Positions 40,701 to 53,832 are shown, counted from the first letter of the stretch. The stretch is DNA of 64,000 bases from Balanoglossus misakiensis (GCA_040954595.2 CM082584.2:2759344-2823343); one strand, 5' to 3'. Notes: a model not told the origin generated them from the sequence alone. Numbers and translations: made by a program.

Positions 40701-43700
40701 CCAGATTTACCTTATTCATAGCACACATTATCGGTACATTGCATATTTTGCCTTTTTCAACAGTGTACCAAGAAATGTGATCGATTCGTTTCAAGCAAAC
40801 TGGAATCTTTCAAAGAATCATTCAACCACTTCATAAATTCAGAAGACATTCTTAATGCAGAGAATCCACTTCAAGAGTTTTCATCAGCCATCAAGAATTT
40901 CCCCCGACACTATGCAGACGACCATTCCTCACACTGGTGTAGATTTCATCCTAAGGTAATTATCGCATTAACTGATGCAAACTCCTTATATCTGGAAAGT
41001 AATAACAATATTCTGCTTTAATTATAATTTAGACAAATATTGGAAAAAAGCATCATCACATCAATGCAAATCCCAATTGTGTATTGTAGTATGCTCGGTC
41101 TGAACCCAGCTATCCGATTGGCTGGCATGTTCTTAAACAATGAGTGGTGAGGACCTTGACTGAATAATTTCAGTTTTGAAGAACATATTTAAATAATTAC
41201 ACGTCAGTGAGGGCAATGTCATGACCTTTTGCCTGCATGTGGGACGGTGATCTCTGACCATAGTATTGATGATACCCGAGCCGCAGAGATCACCATCCCG
41301 AGTACGGAATACACAGTGGTGTAATAAACATGTGTAATTTTTTTTTCAGGAAAAGGATGGAAAGCCCTACACCACAAAAAATCGTATCAACTGCCCAGAA
41401 CAGCTAAAGAAGTTTACAGAAATTATGATGAAAGTGGCATCAAAACCAGAAGAATATATCCATCCAACTGGGAGATTCACTACGAATGTAGCAGAAGCCT
41501 TCCATTCCCTAGCACTTAAATATAGAGACAAGAGAATATATCTTGGTCACATGCATTACTGTTTGAAAACAGATATGGCAATCTTACACAAGGTAAATGT
41601 TCATTTGAATTGCTTCAAGTCCATGAATACCAGAAAATTCCTCTGTGTTGTTTTTAGGAAATTATTGTTTACACATGTACTGTATTTTACTTACTTAGAA
41701 TATTGGACCTATATGGAAGCTGCTTCTCTTCATGTATCTCAAGGTTGATATTCCTGAAATGGCAATAGATCAAATATTTAAACAACAACAACAATGGGTG
41801 GCAAAGAAAGAACAAAATAAATGTGAGGAGACTATCAAGAAGAGGTATGGGTTTTACTGACTGATATATAACTGAATTATACAGTTAGTTTTTATGAGTT
41901 CTCAGTGACTTTAAAAACATGTTGTTTTATATGCACACATTAGATCACGTTTTCCCATGTTATTTAGATAAAATTTTTAAAAAGCACCATCATTACATGC
42001 ATAGTGACTGCAATTACTACTCTATGGGTTTGTCAGTTATGTATCTCGTAATCTCATTTATATGAATGTCACTAGGTCAGAACAGAAAAAGAAGAAAAAA
42101 CATCGTCTGCTTCATGAAAAATCCAGAATGGATAGCATAAGAGGAACCGGGGTTACAACTGTTCAGTATGTTGGAAAAAGTATGGCCTTAGAACAGAGTG
42201 ACAGCAGTGATGATGATACTGTCTTCAATGAAGAAAATGTCCATGCTGTCCCTTCACCACCACCACCACCACCACCACCACCACCACCATCTGCTTCTAC
42301 TACTGCCGCTCATGTTGTTGATGATGATGATGGTGCTCCCAGTGTTACATCCAATGCTATTCCAACTACATCTGTTTCTAACCACTCAAAACCCACAGAA
42401 AAAAAAATCTTCATCTTCTTTGACATGGAAGGAACTGGTGGTAATACTCACAGAGATAGCATCATTGAAATCGGAGCAAGTCTGTACATTCCACATAGAA
42501 ACTGCCATCTGGACTGTCCTCTGGAATTCTCGACTCTTGTTCAAACTTCTGCAAAGGTAAAGTCAATAGGTAAGTTCACTATGTTTCTGTATTGAATTTG
42601 CGAACAATCAATGCACTGTTTCTAACTTTAGCCATACATGAACATTTTAAATTGTTAATGAAAACAGTTATATCAGCTTTATTTGATTACAGTATAATTG
42701 TTTACAATGTTATCTCTTTTAATACCTTTAAGTTGCCACGAAGACAGGTATTTCCCAAACGATGTTGCAGGGAAAACCCAAACTATCAACAGCGCTACCA
42801 AGGTTCATGGATTGGATTGCTACGGTTGTACAGAAGACTAAAGAACAGTTAACTTGTGAAATTACCCCAGGTGAGTATCAAGAAAAAACATTCAGTTCAG
42901 TTCACAATATTTACCTCAGATCCAATCCTATGACCATTACATTCCACGAGCCAAAAGGATGGAGATAAATAAGATACTATTGTCTGGTGCCAAAAAGTCA
43001 GCAATCAATAAACTTACTTGTTTACCATATTGAAAGTATAATGCCTACAAGGAGAAAAAAAGAAATAGAAACAGAAATGGGAAATAGTTAGAGGTAATGA
43101 ATGGAGTGGAAAAGCGCAGGTTAACAGTTACCATTGACATTTTTTAAAGGGGTCTTGATGCAGCTTTTGATGATAGTTCTACTTATAGTAATTGTACATG
43201 ATAGTCCTGACTTTTTGTTTTGAATGTCACTAAATGGTTGACAATTTCTTTACCGTATATTTTTTCTTACAGTGTTGGTGGCACACAATGGCTTTGGTTA
43301 TGACTTCCCTCTACTATTTAAAGAAGTACATGTGAGGGGAATGATGGGTGATATTATGACAAGAATGGAAAACAGCAAAATGTTGTTTGCAGACTCATTG
43401 AAGCTATGTAGAGAGGTGAATTAAAATTTCAATATTCACGTCATAGAGTACACAATCATCGGGATTAGTTTTCCCTGGCCATGGGCCTAGATGTGAACCC
43501 AACTTAATAAAATTTGTGTGTGTGAACACAACACTACTCAAAGGATTAATGCTCTGTGTTTACTATGGGCAAATAGTGTCTCAAATTTTACCCTGTGTGC
43601 ACCTGGTATTAGAGCCTGAGGAGATAATGATAATCAGATTTACGTAATCTATCTTGTTTTATTAAAATTACAAAACAACCCTTTCATTACAGCTTAAACG

Positions 43701-46429
43701 TCAAGACGTTTTAAAGACAAACAGTGTATCAATGGAGTCGCTCTTCAAGTTGCTTTATCCAAAGAGAAGATATAATGGTAAGATACTGAGGCACTTTCTA
43801 CATTGTAAGAAATTAATTTTACAAGCTAAATTAAACCAAGGTGTTGAATACAGGCGATCAAACTTTTTATAATTGTTGACATGATTAAACTGTTGAGAAA
43901 GGTTTGAATGGCATGTCTTGTCTAGTTGTCTATTCATCAGGTTATTAACTGTGTTATTATTTTGCAGCACATCGATCACTTGACGATACAAAGGCATTGA
44001 AGATGATATTAACATGCAGGAGAATGGTACAACACCTCAAAGCCATAGAAACAAGAGATGTTAAAGAAATACAGAATTCATGGAATATAAAATACAATCA
44101 TTACAATGCAGTGACTTCCCTGAAATTGAAAATCGTTGAGAATACACCACCCCATTGTTCAGTAGTTAAAGTGTCTAACTACGCTTACAATAAACTAATT
44201 GAGAAAGAGCTAACGTATGAAAGGCTTCATGACCTGTATATCACGAGAACCTGTAATAATGACTTCAGAGAAAAAATCAAAAGTCATGGTTTCACAAAAC
44301 CAGAAATGATAGGACAACTTTTGAAGCACTTTGGGAGGATATGCATGGTGTAGCTTTGTTCACTTCTAGTACACACATTCTTGTGTCTCTGAGTGAAATT
44401 AATTAATGCAATTCATGCTACACGATATGACTTTTAATGTCCAGACGTGACTTTTTCTGCAACACAGTTACATGCACAAGTAGATTTAGCATCATATCAG
44501 GGCAGACTATAATGAACTTATGATCAGTGCAAGATGATTTTATAATGAGTCAAAGTTTGGATAGTAGTTGAAAGTATTTTTAGCTGAAAGTATTTTTAGC
44601 TATTGTCTTTTGAATATGTCTTTCATAAGGTTTGATAATGATCATTATATTAAATTTTCAACAATTTGCCTATATTAATTATTGCAAAGGATTTGATAAT
44701 ATATATGTAACAGTGATACTGAAAGTAATAAAAAATGAATTTGACCATGATACTGGAAGCAGAATTTTTCTATATTTTCATGGATAGCAAACTTGCTAAA
44801 GAAACAGAATACATGGCCTGAAAAAAGCACAATTTATGTTCCACATTACACACCCTTTTCCACCACACTGAATGCAAACTGACAAAGAGCAGTTTACCAA
44901 CCAAGCACATTTACCCCCCCCCCCCCCAATAAATAAATAAATACAATGTTTCTGGGGGGAATGATGACATCATATTTCATGGGTAAACCCTTTTTTCTAT
45001 TTGGCATTTAGCTCTGCGTGACAGGGCTGTGTGATACAGCTACGCCTCCACAACATTGGATGGCATGGTGTTCAGGCATAGCCAGGTGTAACACTACAGG
45101 AACACACACACCCGTCATTGCTAATGCTAGTGTAACAGCTACTGGTACCAGCAACATGGCGTACAAGTGTTAAATTCATGCAAAATGGACTTACCTGCTG
45201 CATATCATGGACCTCCATGCGTGCATCATTCATGTGTAGCCAAAGCTCAGCTCATGCAGATATCCGATTAACTCATCACATGTACTGTATTTTCCTATAC
45301 GTCACGAATCGGTACCCTTCCACCACAGACCGAGAATGACGAGATCAAGAGTGTATGCTATGCGTGACCTGATGACTGTGTCGCCTCGGATTTGGAGGCG
45401 GCGCGCCGATCGCGAAGCCGTAGCATGTAGCGTCAGCGCGTGTGCGTCCTGTAACCACAGTAACTGGATCGAACGCTAAAAATCCAATGTTTTGTATACA
45501 GAGATTTTGTACCGTTCACGAAAATCCCTAAGGCTTTTTTCACAGGCGACGTAGGCCAGCCAAATTTGACCTGCTTGTTGAGAACGCACTTCCGCATAGT
45601 GTGACGGATCGTTTTTTCGGATTTCGTCGTGCTAAGAAGCGATACCAGTGGAAGAGTGCGTCCAAAAACACCCAAAATCGATGACTTTTTCAGGTGTGGT
45701 ACGGGTATGCTGAAATCGTAGGATACAACGATGATATTCGAAAACAAAATCCGTCACGATCTTCCCTGGTTCAAGCAACTAATGAATACGTATCAAGTTC
45801 GTTTTTGAGGTCACGGAATAAAAAGCCTTAGGCTTTTGAAATTTGACCTAACTAATTTGCATATCAATGGCGTCAGGGGGCGCGCGCTCACAATCGTGCG
45901 TATTTTTAACTAGTTACCAGCCCCTTGTTAGACTCTGAAAACGGCTTAGTCCAAATCGGGGTGTAATGTCCTATAAAGGCCCATAGCAACGGGCAAAAAG
46001 ATCCTAGGGACCCATCTTAACATAGTGTAACCTGCTGTAGATAGGGTGCAAATTTTGCAGTGCTTTTGCAAAATCTGCTTTGGTCTGCTAATGGAGACCT
46101 GTATGTGGAATGAGATAGGCCATCTTTAAAAAGTTGTAAAAGCGTTTAAGGGACTGCAAATCAAATATACCATTCTCTCTACCGTAACCTTGATATATTT
46201 TCATTTAGTTTGTTCTTTGTTTCTGGCGGTTAGGTTTTAGAAAAAAAAAATATAGTATGGCAAACAAAGACATCTCTAAGGTTTGAGCTTTGGTTCAGTA
46301 CAATTTCATTCAGCAATTATTTTTCTCTGTTTCCCCACAGATATTGTATGCAGCAAGTTTGACTGCAAGGTTGCTGAGGTGGAGCAGTACATTAAAATGA
46401 AAATTTACTCCGAAGCAAAACACAAGTAG
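34770..46429 (+). CDS. CMC accessory protein, coiled-coil plus C-terminal BEN domain (345 aa). Exons 34770-34959, 35300-35454, 35618-35752, 36249-36378, 37031-37158, 37854-38064, 46341-46429
   Basis: All introns are GT-AG with compatible phases and no stops. BEN-like signature: MTYDLMAVVFDRETLRTHSYSG...KPALDADKIRAIKDIVCSKF...EQYIKMKI. Confidence 0.82.
38189..46016 (+). mobile_element. Autonomous Kolobok DNA transposon, 7828 bp, in the last intron of the BEN gene
   Basis: TTAA TSD at 38185-38188 and 46017-46020, GA...TC termini, near-perfect ~130-bp TIRs and an intact ORF. Confidence 0.92.
38589..44353 (+). CDS. Kolobok DDE transposase fused to a DEDDh 3'-5' exonuclease (977 aa). Exons 38589-38700, 39456-40450, 40764-40955, 41350-41592, 41699-41844, 42076-42569, 42733-42870, 43273-43415, 43693-43777, 43968-44353
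   Basis: Ten phase-compatible GT-AG exons with no stop. Zn ribbon CGQC..CDIC. Transposase motifs VADGFYGSRR, IADKDA, CSNHVKK and TTNVAEAFHS. Exonuclease motifs FFDMEGTG, AHNGFGYDFP and AHRSLDD. Confidence 0.9.
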
Positions 46430-46755
46430 TGTGGTTAACTGTTTCATTTATGTGTTTTGCTTATCTTTATTTATTTAAACTCTATTTTTCATGTCACCTT
46501 TTTTATTGATTTATTGCAATAAAATGTTAAGTTTTAATTTGATGAGTATGTTGGTTTTTTCTCAAATATTTCACTGAAAGCCAGCAGAAAACTAATTTGA
46601 CTGAGGCAACACTGTATTTAGCACATTTATGTGTTAATATTAAACAACAGACTGAAAGAATATGCTGAGTATTCAGTGAAGTATTTTTTTTTATAAATAT
46701 CAATCTTTTTGCCCGAATCCCACCCCTCTGTCTTTGGTAACCAGATAATACAGGA

Positions 46756-47545
46756 TCAATACACATCTATAACTCTTCTATAGAAGTTCAATAGAAAATC
46801 AATTGAAATCTATATCTCTTCTATAGAAAATCAATACACATCTATAACTCTTTTATAGAAGTTCAATAGAAAATCAATTGAAATCTATATCTCTTCTATA
46901 GAAAATCAATAGCATATCAATGGAAATCTAGATCTCTTCTATAGAAAATCAATACACATCGATAACTCTTCTATAGAAAATCAATAGAATATCAATTGAA
47001 ATCTATATCTCTTCTATAGAAAATCAATACACATCGATAACTCTTCTATAGAAAATCAATAGAATATCAATTGAAATCTATATCTCTTCTATAGAAAATC
47101 AATACACATCTATAACGCTTTTATAGAAGTTCAATAGAAAATCAATTGAAATCTAGATCTCTTCTATAGAAAATCAATACACATCGATAACTCTTCTATA
47201 GAAAATCAATAGAATATCAATTGAAATCTATATCTCTTCTATAGAAAATCAATACACATCGATAACTCTTCTATAGAAAATCAATAGAATATCAATTGAA
47301 ATCTATATCTCTTCTATAGAAAATCAATACACATCTATAACTCTTTTATAGAAGTTCAATAGAAAATCAATTGAAATCTATATCTCTTCTATAGAAAATC
47401 AATACACATCGATAACTCTTCTATAGAAAATCAATAGAATATCAATTGAAATCTATATCTCTTCTATAGAAAATCAATACACATCTATAACTCTTCTATA
47501 GAAGTTCAATAGAAAATCAATTGAAATCTATATCTCTTCTATAGA
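46756..47545. repeat. Right subterminal array of the CMC element built from short CTATAGAAAATCAATA units
   Basis: More than 20 copies of TCTTCTATAGAAAATCAATA variants. The same core occurs near the left TIR. Confidence 0.95.
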
Positions 47546-47839
47546 AGTTAAATTGAAAAGTGGCCAAAAGTCCATAGAAGTCAATAGAATTTCCATAGAA
47601 ATTCCATTGAGTTTCCATGGAATATCCATTGATTCTTAATAGAAATTTTTATTGAAAAGCAATAGAAGTTCTATAGAACTTTTTCGTAAGGGAATCAATC
47701 AAAGTGTATTATAAAACCAGATTCCAAGAAAATACAGCTGTTCAAAGGGGCTTAGGCTTTTTTCATCTTCCCTTGTCAGGTTGATATGACTATTGTTAGT
47801 ATGCAGTGTTGTATGAAATGTTTTACATCGCTTACTTAC

Positions 47840-47959
47840 CTCACCCAACATGGCAGCCAATTGTTCTACAGTAAATCCACTGTAATTAATACTACCTTGA
47901 CTTGGCAAAGGATATGGAGGAGAGTTCAGATCAATATACAATGTTTCTATATTGGTGCG
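47840..47959 (-). pseudogene. MED25: MED25-like VWA exon with a premature TAG and a 1-bp deletion
   Basis: Reads SAPI*KHCILI-TG(-)-NSPPYPLPSQGSINYSGFTVEQLAAMLGE. It is 120 bp where the phases require 121. Confidence 0.88.
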
Positions 47960-49028
47960 CTGTATACAAAGAGAAGATAAAACAATATTTTGTTATTGGC
48001 AGTATTGTCAGTCAGTGTTTTTTTTTAACCCTTCCACCCCAATTTCCTCTTCAGTGCTCCAACCTTAACATAGAAAACAATGCAGTTGGACTGAACCATT
48101 GTGGTGATCAGGGTAATGTAACCAGGGTTCCCCAGTCATTTTGTTAACATTCCTTATGGTACCATAAATGCAGTCATATTAATGGTAAGACAGGTGTTAC
48201 ATGGGGTTTCAAAATCACTTATTGCTCCACCCCCCCCCCCCCAACAATAGCCAAAATACTGTCAGTGTTATCCAAATTCTTATTTCACACCTGTTACAAC
48301 TAACAAGGTATCTGTCGCAGTCATTTTATGCTCTTTTAGTATCCAGGATCTATTGTCTATGATATAATCATCTCTGATCAGACTAGATTGCATGTATAGC
48401 TCAACAGAATAATATTGCAGGTCAGAATGCTTTTGATGAGGAAACAAAACACCAACTGCGAGAATATATCTTCTTCAGAAAATACCATCATTTTTATGTT
48501 AGTCAAGATACTTTGCAACTGGTGTATTGTTCTCTCATCAAAAGCATTCTGACCTTCAATATTACTGTAAAACGGATTATTTTCGTGACAGGAAATGTTC
48601 GCGATATTAAAAGAGGCAACTGTTATGCGAGGATTAATTTTCATGTTCTTGTATTTCATTGCATCTTTATCTCCGAAAAACATTTTACGCAACTTTTTCT
48701 TTTCACATGTTGTTGGCTCTCGCCTATTTCGCAAAAATTAATTGCTTGCGAAAATAACCCGTTTTACACACAGGTGCAAGCTTTCTCTTATGTGAGTATG
48801 GCAGAGAAAGTTTTGGCTGCTGTCAAAATTTTCTGACAAAGACATCCAGAAGGATTATGAAACTGAAAATGTTGATAATACAGTGAAACCTGTCAATTAA
48901 TACAGACATCTCTCTAATCAGGACACTTCTCTATTAAGGAAAGATTGTTCAAGACAAGAGTAATGGTTTGAATAGAATATTACATGCACATTTCTGTTAA
49001 AGGGACAAAGTCTCTCTCTCGCTGCCCT

Positions 49029-49330
49029 TTTTAGGTCCCATTGGTATAGGCCTATATACCATGGGACCTTATGGGATTGGTTGCGTCTGTATGTATGTAT
49101 GTATGGATGGATGGATGTATGGATGTATGTCCGTCCACATCAAAAACTTGAAAACCACTGTGTGTATCACCTTGATATTTGGTGTGCACATGCAGGCTGG
49201 GCTGTAGATGGGAGTTTGTTCAAATGAAGTTGTCGTTGCCAAAAATATGCAAATTAGCTGGAAAAATGTGAACTTAGTCAAAACTCAGTAACTCAAGAAC
49301 TACTGGTCAGATTGCTTTGCGAAGTGGTGT
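49029..49330. mobile_element. End fragment of a second HINE/DINE-like family (hairpin plus TGTA/TGGA microsatellite); inverted relative at ~51980-52166
   Basis: TTTTAGGTCCCATTGGTATAGGCCTATATACCATGGGACCT hairpin followed by a microsatellite. It is nested in a CAGTGAAACCTG-type MITE (~48881-49898). Confidence 0.6.
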
Positions 49331-50028
49331 GTATTTACTTTATTGAGTTGTTTATATACACAGGAAATTCCTGAATGATTACATAACTGGCTAAGTTTTA
49401 AAGAGGCCAGCTGTTCTATTTAGTGTGTGTGTCTGTCAGTATATCGCCATTTACTCCGGTGTAGACTTTTTCTTGTGTATTCCCTCAATGGGACCACTGT
49501 GTCCTTGACGCGATTTTTTCCATTATGTTTGATACAAGAGACATTTTATATTAATGTACATGTGTATATGTAGTTAATGAACGTTCAACCATACACAATT
49601 TCCATCCCACTTGAATGATATGAGCATAAAAACTCGCATAAAATGAATAAATGATAGAGACCGATTATTGGCGTGTGTTTTTTATCACTCTGGTGGCTAC
49701 AAGCAGGGTTGAAGTTGTGTGTGGTGAAACATTGATTCACTATATATCCACATGTAGAATAACAGAAATGGTGCCCTGTAACAAACCTAATTCATGGAAA
49801 AGGGGCAGCGAGGGAGAGAATTTGTCCCTTTAAGGACACCTCTCTATTAAGGACACATTTTGTGGTCCCAGAGGTGTCCTTCCTAGGCAGGTTTCAATGT
49901 ACTCCACTGTCTGTATGGAATCATTTCCTGGTTGACATGGTGAACTTTACAAAAACAGATAAACCACCAAAAAAGTCAGGGCCATATGTAGAGAATGATC
50001 TTGAAACTCAGAATTTTACCATAATTAC

Positions 50029-50127
50029 CTTGAATATCGTAAACTCTTCATATCGTCAAATAACTGCAATGCAGTACTCAGACCTTCAGAAATCATACCA
50101 TATTTCTCACCTGCTCCTGACAACAAT
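50029..50127 (-). pseudogene. MED25: MED25-like VWA exon (phase 2-2, open)
   Basis: Reads LLSGAGEKYGMISEGLSTALQLFDDMKSLRYS, with TTTCAG acceptor and GTAATT donor. Confidence 0.88.
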
Positions 50128-53100
50128 CTGAAATACAACAACAATCATTTAACAAAAGGTATATGTAAACAATGTCTACTCTGATTGTAGACAGATTTGA
50201 TTAAACATTTTATGAAACATTTAAAGGTAGGAACCTCTAATAAAAGCAAGTGAGTCAAAAGTCAAAAAGAGCGACTTTGTCCCTTTAACCCTTTCACCCC
50301 AAGTTCCTTCTATACAGGTCAAACCTTTTCATAGAAAACAATGGGTTTTGACTGAACCTTGGTTGTGAAAGGGTTAATGGGCTTCCATAATTAGTGTTCT
50401 TTAAAATTAGAGGGTGGTACTTAGGGGTTATTACACTAAATTTGGTGAGAACAATAGAAAGTGGCAAATTCAGGCTCTGCATGTAAGATACTAATGACAA
50501 TTAGCCTTCTGCTTTAGAATCATCACCATTAAGCTATATTGATTGTATCCGCATCAGTTTATCATCTTTTGCTAATGCATAACACGACTGTTGTGTACTC
50601 TTTGAATGGAGGCTGATTAAATCGGTGTGACACCCATTTAAAATAACACTAAATAACACAAAACTACAATGTGTGCGCGCAAATATTTTGTCACAGTTGC
50701 GTGACATGCGCACACAAAAAATCCATTGAAAGATAACAGCGGGCGAGGCTATCTGGGGCGCCTTGTCAAGGTTGGCCGGTCAGGCGCCCTGTACACATGT
50801 ACGCGTATGCGCGCTTGTATGCTGTAGCAGGACGCACAATGATGTACGTGCGGTAACCTAGGCCACAAACTTGACACGTGTCGGGCTATAATTTATGCAC
50901 ACAGAAGCCATTAGATATAACAAAGCAAGTAGGGCTTCTGGGTCATTTTCCTTGATGATATAACACAAGAATTCCATACCTTGTCTGTACTTAATACGTA
51001 TCGGGGGGGGGGGGGGGGGGGACCACTGTACACAGTCTCTTTCATGATGTTTATGTACTTTATTCGCTACATTCTAAATGATATTTTTTGTGTTGGGCCA
51101 TCTAGACATGAAGGGAGAACTCATTCAAGTATGTTTATCTGAAAGCCTGCTTGTCTATCGCTATTTTGTTGCACGTAATTCAAATACAATTTCACGAAAA
51201 AAAAATTGGCTCTTTGCGTGCACTGCGCGTAAAAAATAAAATATCAAACGCAAGCCCAGTAGAAATTCCAAATTACCTATGATATGATTTCATAATAATT
51301 CTAAAGAAGCCAATCCCATTAACTTACAACTAAAATTTATAGAAATCAGCCATACAGTGTACACTTTCTGAGAAATATAATTTTTTATCAAAATTGGTAA
51401 ATATACCCCCAAAATACAAGACATTGCCCCCACAAAACATTGACACTTTCATCATAGGTTTTGTAAATCATCATGACAACTCACCATGGAACCTTCAAAT
51501 CAAATTTCAAAGCAATGGGGTAGAGGGTTCTGAGAAAGAGTTTTGACCAAAAATGGCAAAATTCACCCCAAAAATATACTATTGAATTCTACAAATTGAT
51601 TTGACAAACACACATCTCTATGCCTACCAAATTTCAAAGCAATCTGACAAATGGTTTTACAGAAAAAAATTGATCAAAAAGGCAAAATTTGCACCAAAAT
51701 TATAAATTTGCAAATTTTGCAGCAAATTTAAACAAAACTTTGATAACTCACATCACCTATATGAAGCCCCATACTAAATTTCAAAGAAGTCAGGTCATCA
51801 ATTCCAGAAAAGTAGATTTTTTACCAAAAATGTGGAAAAAGACAAAAAAATACATAAATTATAGAAAATTCAAACTATTAGTTCAAAACATACACAACTG
51901 TGTGAGGTTAATATAAGGTACATGCATACCAATTTTCAAATCAATATGACCAGTGGTTGTTGAGTTTCTGAGTTTTGGCCAAATTTACGTTTTTCCCAAC
52001 AACTTCATTTGAACAAACTCCCATCTACAGCCCTGCCTGCATCTGCACACCAAATATCGAGGTTATATGCTCAGCGGTTTTCAAGTTTTTGATGTGAACG
52101 GACATACATCCATACAGACGCAACCGATCTCATGAGGTACCACCAGTATATACAAATGGGACCTAAAGATATTTCGGTGCAACTTGTAGACTGCATCATA
52201 TATATATATTGTGTTGTCGCCCAAATTGTGTGTGTGTGTGTGTGTGTGTGAGGGGGGGGGGGGTTCCCAATGTGCCCTTCCTATGATATCTGCAATAATT
52301 GTAGCCTAGATGGGATGATTGATCAAGCCCATAAGCGATCAACCAGCCCACCAAAGCTACAATTATTGCACCTATTCCTATGATAGCTGGATCCATAGGG
52401 TAAACTGTACAAAACAAATAAGTGTCAGTATAAAATGTGGTAACTTTTGGCGTTTGTTTCTTCCCACTGAATTTCGACATCGCAAAGTGATTTCAGATGT
52501 CAGTTTATATTTATAATAACATTACTGCCACTAAGAAATATGAATGAAGTTGCACAGTTCATATAAACATTACACCACTGGCAACTGTGCTATATCATGC
52601 CACTTTTATGACCCCTTTTGACCTCTACATCCTGGCTTTTTGTCGGTGTGTGAGTATACAATTTCGAGTTTACCAACCATGCTATTGAATCAATGCATTT
52701 TTTCTCATCCTTGAACAAAACTGGTGAACATTGCCTGTTAGAAAAGGTTAGCTGTTCAACATTGAATGATGAATGATGTCAAACCAACAAATCACCAGGA
52801 TGTAAGGTCACACAGGGGTCATGAAAGAGGCCTGTAAGATACTCTTGTTCTCTGCCCACTTTCTAACCCTGCTGTCACTACCAGCAGCAGGAATGGGACA
52901 GGGGACCAGGCTATATCTATAGGACTGTTTGCTAACATTAAGTGTGTTTACTTGAGTAAGTTGGGTACTATAAAAAGAATTGTCACCATTACTGTAGGGG
53001 GAGACATGAGTCTACCTGGTTGATTTATATTTTACATAATGTGCTTAGATTAATAGAAATAATTTATGCATAGTTACTTAGGAACACTTCCATAACTAGT

Positions 53101-53832
53101 CTGCATTTTGCCTCTGCCAAATAGTAAAGAAAAAACATCAGAGAATAGGCAGAGTAGAAACTAAACTGCACTCTCCTAAATATAAAATGGTTTACCCCTA
53201 AGTCTAATGTGATGCATAGTGTGATTCAATTTGTGTCAATAAAATTGCAACCACATCAGTGTTCAGTGAAAACAGTATGTGACATACTTTTCCACCTGAC
53301 CAAATCTATTAGAAACACATTTTTTAAAGAAATTGTTTTAAAGGGGCAGCTGCTATGACATTTGGGATTAATAGAATCTCACACTCCCAAGGACCTGGGA
53401 TCATATTTCTCACACGAGTTGGGGATTTTCTGTCACACACGAGCCGCAGGTGAGTGTGGGACAAAATATCCCTGACGAGTGTGAGAAATACGATCCCAGG
53501 TCCTTGGTGTGTGAGATTATTTTTCTCACACGGTCACAAATTAGCCAAATTCGTTAAAACATTGAATAAATGACTCTGGAACTGTCGTCTGGGGGCACGT
53601 TATAGTTCTGTGCCTGTAATACACATCACGCCATTGGATAACATTTAGTGCGCGAAGAGAAAGAACTCTTTGTCAACCAATCAGCGCTCGCGTCATATAC
53701 AGCTTTCGATTCAGTGAGAGTGTGAGAATAATAGAATCTCACACTCCCAAGGACCTGAGATCGTATTTCTCACACTCGTCGGGGATATCCTATCCCACAC
53801 TCCCAGCGGCCAGCAGTGTGAGAAATTAAATA

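Larger units (their letters stand above)
24753..47692. mobile_element. CMC/EnSpm (CACTA-superfamily, CCC-terminal animal type) DNA transposon, about 11 kb native length plus nested inserts
   Basis: TIR CCCTTACGAAAAAG(G)TTCTATAGAACT at both ends, subterminal repeat arrays, a transposase gene and an accessory gene. The flanks (GT / AA) do not form a TSD. Confidence 0.92.
10841..50127 (-). pseudogene. MED25: Partial, disrupted MED25-like gene copy (Mediator subunit 25). Exons: 50127-50029, 47959-47840, 16373-16323, 12489-12271, 11125-10841
   Basis: All exons are bounded by AG/GT with compatible phases. The peptides GAGEKYGMISEGLSTALQLFDDMKSLR and KHCILI(C)NSPPYPLPSQGSINYSGFTVEQL match the MED25 VWA domain. 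The tail is Q-rich and ends LLADDMSLFDILNQ*. Two exons carry stops and frameshifts. Confidence 0.85.

Noticed and set aside
39456-41592. Classifying the 38-46 kb transposase as Mutator or piggyBac
   Set aside because: The TSD is TTAA rather than 9 bp, and the ends are GA...TC rather than CC...GG. Both fit Kolobok.
42198-42560. Poly-His ORF
   Set aside because: It is an alternative frame of the (CCA)n poly-Pro linker in the Kolobok gene.
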